From NCBI GenBank assembly GCA_964559855.1, contig CAZLJC010000002.1, positions 3,900 through 67,899 on the forward strand: a stretch of 64,000 nt of DNA. The letters are read 5' to 3'. The position numbers and the translations under genes were made by a program. The stretch is from an uncultured Actinomycetes bacterium (lineage in GTDB: Bacteria; Chloroflexota; Dormibacteria; Dormibacterales; Dormibacteraceae). Each line of letters begins with the position of its first letter. Positions within the stretch are counted from its first letter, which is position 1. Shown piece after piece: positions 28,540 through 39,534 of the stretch. A model generated the notes under the pieces. It was not told where the DNA came from. It saw only the letters and a list, made by a program, of their open reading frames with translations, and searched no databases.

Positions 28540-28839
28540 ATGGGCAAATTCACCAACCTGGTGCTGGTCGCGGCCGCGGCGGCCCTGATCGTGATCGGGG
28601 TCGCGGCTCAGATCGGCACCCTCAAGCTCGGCAGCCCGGGCCACCCCGCCCGGCCGGCCGGCGGCGCCGTCGCGGGGCAGCACGCGGTCGCCACCCCGTC
28701 GATCCCGGCCTCCCCCACCCAGCCGGCCTACATCGTCACGCCCTCACCCACCCCTGACACGGCCACCTGGCAGCCGCCCCCCGGCGGCGGCGGAGGCGGC
28801 GGGAACGGCGGCGGCGGAGGCGGAGGCGACGGGGACTAG
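28540..28839 (+). CDS. small membrane-anchored Pro-rich protein with a poly-Gly/Asp tail (architectural paralogue of 27851..28171)
   Basis: MGKFTNLVLVAAAAALIVIGVAAQ…PSPTPDTATWQPPPGGGGGGGNGGGGGGGDGD. Confidence 0.5.
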   Translation: MGKFTNLVLVAAAAALIVIGVAAQIGTLKLGSPGHPARPAGGAVAGQHAVATPSIPASPTQPAYIVTPSPTPDTATWQPPPGGGGGGGNGGGGGGGDGD

Positions 28840-28865
28840 CCAGGCCCAGACCCGCGAACCGGCCC

Positions 28866-29706
28866 TTATCTGCCGCGCCGCTGCACGAACTGGAACCCGA
28901 ATCGCCCCTTGATGCACAGGTGGCCGGACGTCACGCTGTGGTCGAGGGGCGACGTCACCTTCACGATCGTGTTGTCCTGCACGTGCAGCTCGAGCATGCA
29001 GCCCACGCCGCAGTAGGGGCACACCGTCTCGGTCACCGTCTGCGCCGGCCCGTCCCACGTGCCGGCGGCTCGCATATCGTGCTCGCTCTTGAACATCAGG
29101 GCGCCGGTCGGGCAGACGCCGATGCAGTTGCCACAGTAGACGCACGCGGAATCCGGCAGCCCCACGTCGAACTCGGTGGAGATGTGGGCGTCGAAGCCCC
29201 GTCCCGCGACCCCGATCGCGAACGTGTTCTGCGCCTCCGCGCCACACGCCTCGACGCACTTGTAGCAGAGGATGCAGCGCGAGTAGTCGCGCACGTACAG
29301 GTCGTTGTCGACCTTCGCCGGCTGCGCGACGGTGGCCACGGACCCGAAGCGCGCCGGCTGCGCTCCATACTCCCGCATCCACCCATGCACCTGGGGCGAC
29401 GCCAGCGACACGTCGACGGACGACCCCACAAGCTCGAGCACCAGGCGCCGGCTGTGCTTCACGCGCTCGGAGCCGGTGCGGACCTTCATGCCCGCCTCGA
29501 CCTGGCGCGAGCACGCGGGCACCAGCGCGCGCGATCCCTCGAGCTCCACGACGCACGCGCGGCATACGTTGACCGGCGCGAGGTTGTCGAGCTGGCACAG
29601 CGTCGGCGTGTCGATCGCCAGGCGCCGGCACGCGTCCAGGATGGTGGAACCCTCCACCACCTCGACCTCGCGGCCGTCGACGGTGATGGCCACCATCCGC
29701 TTCGCC

Positions 29707-29714
<8 letters not shown>
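28866..29714 (-). CDS. formate dehydrogenase Fe-S subunit, equivalent to the N-terminal part of an FdsA/FdhF-type alpha subunit (2Fe-2S, 2x[4Fe-4S] ferredoxin, Mo-enzyme Fe4S4 domain); ends just before the molybdopterin domain
   Basis: …LCQLDNLAPVNVCRACVVE…PAC…; CILCYKCVEAC…CVYCGNCIGVCP; CPYCGVGC…GHLCIKGRFGFQFVQRRGR-stop. Confidence 0.85.
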
Positions 29715-31346
<1,632 letters not shown>

Positions 31347-31347
<1 letters not shown>

Positions 31348-33254
31348 CAGCCGCCCGACGCGACCGGGATCTTCTCGATCCGGATCGCGGTCGCCTTGAA
31401 CTCCGCGGTGCCGGACTTCGGGTCCCACGCGTCGACGGTGAGGATGTTGGTCGAGGCCTGGTCGGGGAAGTGCAGCGTCATGAACGCGAGCCCGGGGCGC
31501 AGCGAGGGCTCGACGCCGATTGCGACCTCGATCGCTCCGCGCCGGGAGCTGGCGCGCACGGATTCGCCTTCGGCGACGCCCAGCGCGGCCGCGTCCTCCG
31601 GCGAGATGAGCAGCGCCTCGCCGCGGCGCAGCGGCGAGGTGTACTCGCCCGTCTGCACGCCGGTGTTGAACGAGTCGAGCCTCCGGCCGGTGGTGAGCCG
31701 GATGGGAAACTCGTCGCTCAGCGCATCGACCGGAGGGTCGTGGTCGACGGCGTGGAACGGCGCGCGAGGCCCCTCGACGGGCTCCTGCCACAGCCGCGCA
31801 TGGAGAAACTGCGTACCCGGGTGGGAGGTGTCTGGGCACGGCCACTGGATGCCGCCGAGCTCGTCCAGCCGCGCGTACGACATCCCGGCGTGCATCGGCG
31901 ACAGCGCGCGCAGCTCGTCCCACACCTGCTCGGCGGTGGGCTCGCCCCATTCGCAGCCGAGACGCCTGGCCAGCTCGCAGATGATCGCGATATCGTCGCG
32001 CGCACCATCCGGTGGATCGAGCGCCCGGCGCACGCGCTGCACGCGGCGCTCGCTGTTCGTCACCGTGCCCTCCGACTCCGCCCAGCCCGCGGCCGCCGGC
32101 AGCACCACGTGCGCAAGCTCGGCGGTCTGCGTCAGCAGGATCTCCTGGACCACGAGGTGCTCGAGCCCTCCGAGCAGGCGCACCGCGCGCGCCTGGTCGG
32201 CCTCGCTTCGCGCGGGGTTCTCCCCGATCACGTAGGCGGCGGTGAGACGCCCGTGCTCCATCGCCTCGAACATCTCGCTCAGGTGAAGGCCCTTCTCGGC
32301 CGGAAAGTGCGCGCCGCCCCACGCGCGCTCGAACTTCGCGTGCACCTCGGGGTCCTCGAGGTCCTGGAACCCGGGCAGCCGCGCCGGGATCGCCCCCATG
32401 TCACCGCCGCCCTGCACGTTGTTCTGGCCGCGCAGCGGGTTCAGCCCGCAGCCGTAGCGCCCGACCTTGCCCGTGAGCAATCCCAAGTTGATCAGCGCGA
32501 CCACGTTGTCGGTGGCGTTGTGGTGCTCGGTGATGCCGAGCGTCCAGCAGATCATCCCGGTGCGGGCCCGAGCGTAGTCGAGCGCCACCTCCTCGATCGC
32601 CGCGGCGGGAACTCCCGTCGCCTGCTCGGCGAACTCCAGCGTGTAGGACTCGACCTTGCGCGCGAAGGCGTCGTAGCCGGAGGTCGAGTTGGCGACGAAG
32701 CGCTGGTCGGCCAGGCCGGCGTGGATGATCACACGCGCCATCGCGTTGGCCAGGGCGATATCGCTGCCGACGTCGATGCCCAGCCACATATCGGCCCACT
32801 GCGCCGAGGTCGTCCGGCGGGGGTCGACGGCGTAGAGCCGCGCTCCGTTGCGCACCCCGCGGAGCAGGTGATGGAAGAAGATCGGATGGGTCTCGCGCGC
32901 GTTGGAGCCCCACAGGATGATCACCTCGGTGTCCTCGACCTCGCGATAGGACGACGTCCCGCCCCCCGCCCCGAACACCGTCGCCAGACCGGCGACGCTG
33001 GGGGCGTGTCAAGTCCGGTTGCAGCTGTCGACGTTGTTGCTCTGCATCACGGCGCGCGCGAACTTCTGCGCCATGTAGTTCATCTCGTTGGTCTGCTTGG
33101 AGCAGCTGAACAGGCCGAAGGCCTCAGGCCCGCGCGCTCGCGCGGCCTCGAAGCCGGCCGCCGCGCGTCGCAGCGCCTCCTCCCAGGTCGCGGGGCGAAG
33201 GCGGCCGCCCTCTCTGACCAGCGGCTCGGTCAGACGGCGCAGGCCGTCACCCAT
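31347..33254 (-). CDS. fdhA: formate dehydrogenase catalytic (molybdopterin) subunit with in-frame UGA read as selenocysteine; lacks its own N-terminal Fe-S domains
   Basis: ORFs 33009..33254 and 31347..32978 are in the same frame (1908 nt = 636 codons), separated only by TGA 33009-33011. The context is …NNVDSCNRT-U-HAPSVAGLATVFGAGGG…, matching the Sec/Cys-His active site. …LRGQNNVQGG… lies downstream. Confidence 0.85.
32979..32997 (-). promoter_or_regulatory. putative bacterial SECIS hairpin (CGUCGCC-GGUCU-GGCGACG) downstream of the in-frame UGA
   Basis: A perfect 7-bp stem starts 12 nt after the UGA. The loop GGU starts at nt 22 counted from the U of UGA, the same spacing and GGUC loop as I recall for the E. 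coli fdhF SECIS. Confidence 0.7.
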
Positions 33255-33280
33255 GGCTCAAGGATATCCCTCGCTCCGCG

Positions 33281-34468
33281 CTACGGGCGGTGGGCGGTGA
33301 CGAACTCCTTGATCCGGTCGAGGCCCAGCTTCAGCTCGCTCTCGGACTGCGTGTAGGCGAGCCGGATGAAGCCCTTCCCGGCCTCGCCGAACGAGGTCCC
33401 CGGAAGCACGGCCACGCCCGCCTCGGTGAGCAGGCGGGCGGCCAGGTCACGCTCGTCGAACCCGGTGCCCTCGACGTTCGGAAAGGCGTAGAACGCGCCC
33501 TGCGGCCGCGCGCAGCGGACGCCGGGGATCTCGTTCAGGCCGTCGACCACGAGGTTGCGCCGGTGCTCGAACACCTTGACCATGCGCTGGACGGCGTGCT
33601 CCGACTCGGGCGAGGTCAGCGCCTCGATGGCCGCGATCTGCGTGAAGCCCGCGGCGCAAGACGAGGAGTTGATCATCAGCTGGTCGAGCTTGGCCGCCAG
33701 CGCCCGCGGCGCGACCGCGTATCCCAGGCGCCAGCCGGTCATCGCATAGGACTTCGACAGCCCGTCCATCAGCACGGTCCGCTCGCGCATCCCGGGCCGC
33801 GACAGCGGCGAGACGTGGTGGAAGCCGTACACGAGCTGACTGTAGATCTCGTCCGAGACCACGATCAGGTCGTGCTTCTGCGCGAGCTCGCACACGAAGT
33901 CCACGTCCTCCTCGGTCAGCACGCCTCCCGTCGGGTTCTGCGGCGTGTTGATGATCAGCATCCGCGTCTTCGGCGTGACGAGCGAGGCGAGCTCGTCGAG
34001 GTCCATGCGGAAGTCCTTGTCCTCGCGCAGCGTGACCAGCTTCGGGATCGCGCCTATGAAGTTGACCTGCGAGTGGTACGCGGGATAGCCCGGGTCGGGA
34101 AGGATCACCTCGTCGCCCGGCTCGATGCACGCCAGCAGCGTGAAGAGCAGGACGTTCTTCGACCCGGGGACCAGGACCACGTCGTCGGCCTCGACGTCCG
34201 TGTTCAGCATGCGGCTGACGAACCCCGCCACCGCCTCGCGCGACTCGCGGATCCCGCTCGCGGGCGTGTAGTGCGTGTAGCCGTTCTGCAGAGCGCCGAT
34301 GCCCGCCTCGACGATGTTGTCCGGCGTCGCGAAATCGGGTTCGCCGATCTCGAGGTGAACGATCTTCTTGCCCTCGGCCTCGAGGCGCCGCGCGCGGGCC
34401 AGCACCTCGAAGGCGCCCTCGGTCCCCAGCCGCGACATGCGCTCGGCGAAACGGATCGCTGTGCTCAT
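33281..34468 (-). CDS. class I/II pyridoxal-phosphate-dependent aminotransferase (aspartate aminotransferase-like)
   Basis: …EIGEPDF…NTPQNPTG…DEIY…LSKSYAMTGWRLGY…; 395 aa. Confidence 0.88.
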   Translation of the reverse strand: MSTAIRFAERMSRLGTEGAFEVLARARRLEAEGKKIVHLEIGEPDFATPDNIVEAGIGALQNGYTHYTPASGIRESREAVAGFVSRMLNTDVEADDVVLVPGSKNVLLFTLLACIEPGDEVILPDPGYPAYHSQVNFIGAIPKLVTLREDKDFRMDLDELASLVTPKTRMLIINTPQNPTGGVLTEEDVDFVCELAQKHDLIVVSDEIYSQLVYGFHHVSPLSRPGMRERTVLMDGLSKSYAMTGWRLGYAVAPRALAAKLDQLMINSSSCAAGFTQIAAIEALTSPESEHAVQRMVKVFEHRRNLVVDGLNEIPGVRCARPQGAFYAFPNVEGTGFDERDLAARLLTEAGVAVLPGTSFGEAGKGFIRLAYTQSESELKLGLDRIKEFVTAHRP

Positions 34469-34481
34469 CTCAGTCGAAATC

Positions 34482-35246
34482 CTAGTGGACGCCGGCCAGT
34501 GAGCCGCCGTCGACTCCCAGCGTCTGTCCCGTGATGTAGCCCGCCTGCCGAGAACATAGAAAAACGCACGCCGCCGCGAACTCGGCCGGCTCGCCGAACC
34601 TCTTCATCGGCGCCTGCGCCGCGCGCCGCTTCAGGTTCTCCTCCAGGTCGCCGCCGGCGCCGCCCACGAGGTGGCGAATGCGGTCGGTGAGGATGGCGTC
34701 CGGAGCGACGCAGTTGAACGTGATGCGATCCGCGGCCAGCTCGAGCGCGAGCGTCTTCGCCAGCCCCGTGACGGCGCCGCGCAGGGCGTTCGACAGAGCC
34801 AGGTTGGGCAGCGGCTGCCGGACCGACACCGAGGTGATGAACACGACGCGGCCCTGCTCGGAGCGCTTGAGCAGCGGGAGCGCCTCGTGAACGATCCGCA
34901 CGGCGCTCATCACGGTCAGCTCGAACGCCGGCTCCCAGCTCTCGAGCGGAACCTGCTGAAACGTGCCCGCCGGAGGGCCGCCCGCGTTCACGATCAGCAC
35001 GTCGAGCCCGCCGAGCTGGTCGCCCGTGCGACTGACGAGCGCTTCTACGTCGGCGGCCTTGGCCATATCGGCGACGAACCCTCGCGCCGCGCCGATGTCT
35101 CGCGCCGTCGCCTCGATCGCCGCCTGGTCGCGCGACGAGATGACGACGTGCGCCCCCTCCGCCACCAGCGCCTCGGCGCATGCGCGGCCCAGCCCCCGGC
35201 TCGCCGCGGTCACGAGCGCGCGGCGATCCTTCAGGCCGAGGTCCAC
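34482..35246 (-). CDS. SDR-family oxidoreductase
   Basis: …ALVTAASRGLGRA…NAGG…ITS…; 254 aa; GTG start. Confidence 0.85.
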   Translation of the reverse strand: MDLGLKDRRALVTAASRGLGRACAEALVAEGAHVVISSRDQAAIEATARDIGAARGFVADMAKAADVEALVSRTGDQLGGLDVLIVNAGGPPAGTFQQVPLESWEPAFELTVMSAVRIVHEALPLLKRSEQGRVVFITSVSVRQPLPNLALSNALRGAVTGLAKTLALELAADRITFNCVAPDAILTDRIRHLVGGAGGDLEENLKRRAAQAPMKRFGEPAEFAAACVFLCSRQAGYITGQTLGVDGGSLAGVH

Positions 35247-35276
35247 GCCCTCATTGTCCCCTCAACCCGAACCGAC

Positions 35277-35390
35277 CGAATTCGGCGCCTTTGGCGCCAA
35301 GGGCGCGCTTGGCCGCGCGAATTCGGCGCCTTTGGCGCCAAGGGCGCGCTTGGCCGGCGCGAAACCCGCGCGCGCAGCACGCCCGCGCGC
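35277..35390 (+). repeat. Repeat locus C: two perfect 41-bp tandem units of a divergent, strongly palindromic variant of the repeat family
   Basis: cgaattcggcgcctttggcgccaagggcgcgcttggccgcg occurs twice (35277-35317, 35318-35358). It contains GGCGCC-ttt-GGCGCC and GCCAAG-ggcgcg-CTTGGC. Confidence 0.85.
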
Positions 35391-35401
35391 CGCCCCCAAC
35401 C

Positions 35402-36994
35402 TCACCCCGTGGTGTTCACGTACCAGTCCGCCACGTACTGGAACCGGTCCGGGGGCTCGATCGTCTTGTTCATGTGCACGCCGTGCACGCGCTGCGATAC
35501 CGCGTAGTCGTACCGCCCCGCGTAGAGGAAGATCGCCGGCGCCGCGTTGACCATGAGCATCTGAAAATCCAGGTACGCCGCCAGGCGTGCCGGCGGATCC
35601 ACCGCCGCCCTCCCGTCCTCCAGGTCCTTGTCGATCAACCCCCACCCGCGGGTGTAGGCGAAGTTCAGCGAAGTCGTGTCGACGCCCGAATGCCACAGCT
35701 CGAACTGGTCGGGGTCCGACCCCACGTCGAAGGTCACGAGCGCCATCTCGTAGTTGCGCCCGATCAGGAAGTTGTTCACCAGTTGCGAGGCCGGTACCGC
35801 CTTCACGTCGACCTCGATCCCGATCTCCGCCAGCTGGTGCGCCACCGCGTCCGCGATCTGGTGATTCGGATACGAATCCGCCGCGACCATCGTCACCTTG
35901 AACTGGTTGCCGTTCTTCAACCTGAGCCGCGAGCTCGGGTCCAGCTTCCACCCCGCCGCGTCCAGCGCGGTCCCCGCGGCCAGCGGGTCGTAGGGATGCG
36001 CGGCGGCGGCGGCGGCGGAGAACGCCCAGTCCGAGGTCGGGATCGGCGTCGGGTCCGGGTCGCCGCGACCGGAGAGCACGTCGTTCACCAGGCGCTGGCG
36101 GTCGATCGCCTGGGCCAGCGCGATGCGCACGTTCGGATCGCCGAAGAACACCTTGCCGTCGCCCTGCGGATTGAAGCTGACGAAGGAGTTGGTGAAGAGC
36201 CGCGACTCGAGGATCGCCACGTCGGTCCGGCCCTGCAGCGCGCCCACCTCCTGCGGCTCGAGCCCGCCGACCGAGTCGGCCGCGCCAGTCAGAACCGCCT
36301 GGATCGCCATCTGCGGGTCGCCGGCCGGATACGTGCGCAGCACCAGGTGGTCGAGGTACGGCCGCGGGCTCGCATACGGGTTGCGGTCGAGCGTGATCGC
36401 GAGCGGCGTGATCGCCGAGACCCGGAACGGCCCGGTCCCGATCGCGCGCACCCCGCTGTAGTCGCTGGCCGAGATCTGCGCCGGCGCCAGGCCTCCGAAG
36501 AGGTGCTTGGGGATGATGCCGATGCGGAGCGCCAGCGGGAACGAGGCGCTCGGCGCCTTGAGCGAGAACACGACCTGGTTCGGGCCGCCGGGCGCGACGC
36601 CGACGTCGCGCCAGAACGCGCCGCCCGGCTCCTGGTACTCCATGTCCTGCAGGACGTGGAAGGTGAACAGCACGTCCGCCGCGCTGAACGGCTCGCCGTC
36701 GCCCCACTTCACGTCCGTGCGCACGTTGAACGTGTACGTCATGTGGTCGGGCGACACCGCCCAGTCCGTCGCCAGGAGGCCGGCGACGTTCTGCCGCGCG
36801 TCGACGGTGGTCAGGCCCTGGTAGATCAGGCTGTCGACGTCACGCGCCGTATCGTTGGACGCGAACAGCGGGTTGAGCACGCCGGCCTGGCCCACGAGCG
36901 CCTCGACCGCCGTCCCTCCCCGGGCCGGCTTGGGCACCGTCGCGACCGGCTGGCACGCCGCCAGGGCCATGACCGCCGCCAGCGCGGCGGCCAC
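35402..36994 (-). CDS. ABC transporter substrate-binding lipoprotein, family 5 (peptide/nickel type)
   Basis: …AVMALAAC lipobox; …LTTVDARQNVAGLLATDW…TFNVRTDVKWGDGEPF…. The GTG 36994 start leaves no charged n-region. An in-frame ATC at 37015 would give (M)SSRRNIVAAALAAVMALAAC. Confidence 0.82.
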   Translation of the reverse strand: MAAALAAVMALAACQPVATVPKPARGGTAVEALVGQAGVLNPLFASNDTARDVDSLIYQGLTTVDARQNVAGLLATDWAVSPDHMTYTFNVRTDVKWGDGEPFSAADVLFTFHVLQDMEYQEPGGAFWRDVGVAPGGPNQVVFSLKAPSASFPLALRIGIIPKHLFGGLAPAQISASDYSGVRAIGTGPFRVSAITPLAITLDRNPYASPRPYLDHLVLRTYPAGDPQMAIQAVLTGAADSVGGLEPQEVGALQGRTDVAILESRLFTNSFVSFNPQGDGKVFFGDPNVRIALAQAIDRQRLVNDVLSGRGDPDPTPIPTSDWAFSAAAAAAHPYDPLAAGTALDAAGWKLDPSSRLRLKNGNQFKVTMVAADSYPNHQIADAVAHQLAEIGIEVDVKAVPASQLVNNFLIGRNYEMALVTFDVGSDPDQFELWHSGVDTTSLNFAYTRGWGLIDKDLEDGRAAVDPPARLAAYLDFQMLMVNAAPAIFLYAGRYDYAVSQRVHGVHMNKTIEPPDRFQYVADWYVNTTG

Positions 36995-37004
36995 GATATT
37001 CCGC

Positions 37005-37259
37005 CTACTTGAGATGCGTCGTCACCCAGACGTTGGCGATCGAGCACACCAGGAAGGCGGCGACCAGGACCCACGTCGTCCAGTACACCTGGCGCTCGAG
37101 GCCCCGGCGCGTGCGATAGCCGCCGCCCAGGCCCGAATCGCCGCCGCCGATCGTCCCGCCGAGGCCCGAGGCCTTCGGCGTCTGGATCAAAACGCCGGCC
37201 ACCAGCAGCAGCGCCAGCACCGCCTCCGCGACGACCAGCGCGTTCTGAAGCTTTGCCAT
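37005..37259 (-). CDS. secG: preprotein translocase subunit SecG
   Basis: 84 aa, two TM helices with a Gly-rich loop (…LIQTPKASGLGGTIGGG…), in the conserved position after tpiA/gpmA. Confidence 0.85.
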   Translation of the reverse strand: MAKLQNALVVAEAVLALLLVAGVLIQTPKASGLGGTIGGGDSGLGGGYRTRRGLERQVYWTTWVLVAAFLVCSIANVWVTTHLK

Positions 37260-37298
37260 GGAACCCGGAGATTCTACTTGGGGAGGCTCAGAGCCGCC

Positions 37299-37913
37299 TC
37301 AGGACCAGACCGAACCGAACCGGGTGTTGATCGTCTCCCAGTTCAGCGTGTTGAACCACGCGTTGATGTAGTCCGCGCGGCGGTTCTGGTACTTCAGGTA
37401 GTACGCGTGCTCCCACACGTCGACGCCCAGGATGGGGGTCAGGCCCTCCATGAACGGGCTGTCCTGGTTGGGGTACGACTTGATCGAGAGCTTGCCCTGC
37501 TTGTCCACGACGAGCCACGCCCAGCCGCTTCCGAACTGCCCGAGCCCGGCCTTGGAGAGCTGCTCCTTGAAGGAGTCGAAGCTGCCGAACGTGCTCTTCA
37601 GCGCGTCCGCGATGCGGCCGGAAGGATTGCCGCCGCCGCCCGGTCCCATGATCGTCCAGAAGATCGAGTGGTTGGAATGTCCGCCGGCGTTGTTGCGGAT
37701 CACGGTGCGGATGTCCTCCGGCACCTCGTTGATCGCCCACAGCACGTCCTCCACCGAGCGCTTCGCCCATTCCGGGTGCTTCTCGAGGGCGGCGTTCGCG
37801 TTGGTCACGTACGTCGCGTGGTGCTTGTCGTGGTGCAGCTGCATGGTCTGCGCGTCGATGTGCGGTTCGAGCGCGTCGTACGGATAGGGCAGTGGAGGCA
37901 GCTCGAAAGCCAT
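37299..37913 (-). CDS. sodA: Fe/Mn superoxide dismutase
   Basis: [32 protein letters not shown]…DVWEHAYYL…. Confidence 0.95.
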   Translation of the reverse strand: MAFELPPLPYPYDALEPHIDAQTMQLHHDKHHATYVTNANAALEKHPEWAKRSVEDVLWAINEVPEDIRTVIRNNAGGHSNHSIFWTIMGPGGGGNPSGRIADALKSTFGSFDSFKEQLSKAGLGQFGSGWAWLVVDKQGKLSIKSYPNQDSPFMEGLTPILGVDVWEHAYYLKYQNRRADYINAWFNTLNWETINTRFGSVWS

Positions 37914-37964
37914 GGTCTGGATCCCCCTTTCTGGAATGTGTCGCTTCTTTGAATTGAGATCAGT

Positions 37965-38750
37965 CTAAGTGCTGGAGGATTTCGACCCGGACCGCCCTCC
38001 GCTCGCCTGCGCCCTCACCTCCGCCTCGCGCCGCGCGACGTCCTGCGGGTCTCCGAGGTAGCGCGACGCCTTCGGGCGCAGGTCGGAGTCGAGCTCGTAC
38101 ACGCGAGGCACGCCGGTCGGGATGTTGAGCTCGACCACCTCCCGCTCGCTCAGTCCGTCCAGGTGCTTGACCAGCGCGCGCAGGCTGTTGCCGTGCGCCG
38201 ACACCAGCACGCAGGGCAGAGCGAGCAGGTCGGGCACTATCGCGTCGTACCAGTAGGGCAGCATGCGGTCGACGACGTCGGCCAGGCACTCCGCGCTGGG
38301 GAGCAGCTCCGGCGGGAGGTCGGCGTAACGCGGGTCGTGCGACGGGTGACGCTCGTCGTCAGGCTCGAGGTCCGGCGGCCGCACGTCGTAGCTCCGCCGC
38401 CACAGCTTCACCTGGTCCTCGCCGTAGCGCTCCGCGGTCTGCTGCTTGTTCAAGCCCTGCAGCGCGCCGTAGTGGCGCTCGTTCAGGCGCCAGCTTCGTC
38501 TGACCGGGACCCACGCCATCTCCATCTCGCCCAGCGCGAGCTGCGTGGTGCGGATGGCGCGCAGCAGCACCGACTCGTGCACAACGGCGGGCCGGAGGCC
38601 CGCCTCGCGCATCAGGCGCCCGGCCGCCACGGCCTCGCCGGCGCCACGCTCGCTCAGCGGGACGTCGGTCCACCCAGTGAAGAGGTTCTCCAGGTTCCAC
38701 GTGCTCTCGCCGTGGCGCAGCAAGACCAGCGTGCCGGGATTCCTAGCGAT
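37965..38750 (-). CDS. gpmA: 2,3-bisphosphoglycerate-dependent phosphoglycerate mutase (start probably ATC 38750; minimal ORF from TTG 38723)
   Basis: …[20 protein letters not shown]…[11 protein letters not shown]…[10 protein letters not shown]…. Confidence 0.9.
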   Translation of the reverse strand: MARNPGTLVLLRHGESTWNLENLFTGWTDVPLSERGAGEAVAAGRLMREAGLRPAVVHESVLLRAIRTTQLALGEMEMAWVPVRRSWRLNERHYGALQGLNKQQTAERYGEDQVKLWRRSYDVRPPDLEPDDERHPSHDPRYADLPPELLPSAECLADVVDRMLPYWYDAIVPDLLALPCVLVSAHGNSLRALVKHLDGLSEREVVELNIPTGVPRVYELDSDLRPKASRYLGDPQDVARREAEVRAQASGGRSGSKSSST

Positions 38751-39534
38751 GCCCGTACACCTCCGCCGTGACCTTCACGATGGCCGCGAACTCGTCCGGG
38801 TCGAGGCTGGCGCCGCCGACCAGCACGCCGTCGCACAACGGCAGCTCGACGTACTGCTGCACGTTGCTCGACTTGACGCTCCCGCCGTACAGGATGCGCA
38901 CCTTGCGCGCGGCGCCGGCGCCGATCATCTCCCCGACGACGCGCCGGATCAGCCGCATCGTCTTGTAAGCGTGCTCCGGGTCGGCGTTCTTGCCACTGCC
39001 GATCGCCCACACCGGCTCGTACGCGATCACCAGGCGCGCCGAGTCGTCCGCGGAGCAGTTCGCCAGGCCGGCCTCGACCTGCGCCGACACGACCTGGTCC
39101 GAGGTGCCGGCGTCGTAGTGGTCGGCCAGCTCGCCCACGCACATGACCACGCCCAGCTCGGCGGCCAGCGCCGCGGCCGTCTTCTTCGCCACCATCTCGT
39201 CCGTCTCGCCCATGTACAGGCGGCGCTCGGAGTGGCCGACGATGACCCACTGGCACACCGCCTTCAGCATCTCGGGCGAGACCTCGCCGGTGAACGCGCC
39301 GGCCTTCTCCCAGAAGCAGTCCTGCGCGCCGAGCTTCACGCCCGACTCGACCAGCAGGTCGGAGACCGGCAGCAGCCACACGAACGGCGGAAAGATCGCG
39401 ACCTCGATCCGGTCGGCGTGGCCGCGGGCCACGGCCATGACGCCCCGCACCAGGTCGAGCGCGTCGTCGACGTTGGTCGGGTTCATCTTCCAGTTCGCCG
39501 CCAGCAGCGGCATGCCGGGTGGTCGCGACGCCAT
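38743..39534 (-). CDS. tpiA: triosephosphate isomerase (start ATG 39534 or ATG 39513)
   Basis: …LLAANWKMN…VIVGHSERR…[11 protein letters not shown]…YGGSV…. Confidence 0.92.
   Translation of the reverse strand: MASRPPGMPLLAANWKMNPTNVDDALDLVRGVMAVARGHADRIEVAIFPPFVWLLPVSDLLVESGVKLGAQDCFWEKAGAFTGEVSPEMLKAVCQWVIVGHSERRLYMGETDEMVAKKTAAALAAELGVVMCVGELADHYDAGTSDQVVSAQVEAGLANCSADDSARLVIAYEPVWAIGSGKNADPEHAYKTMRLIRRVVGEMIGAGAARKVRILYGGSVKSSNVQQYVELPLCDGVLVGGASLDPDEFAAIVKVTAEVYGHR

Noticed and set aside
33009-33011. Reading the TGA that splits the formate dehydrogenase catalytic ORF as a nonsense mutation or pseudogene
   Set aside because: The two halves are perfectly in frame, and the TGA sits exactly at the Sec/Cys-His active-site position. 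A SECIS-like hairpin follows at the canonical spacing, and the flanking genes remain translationally coupled.
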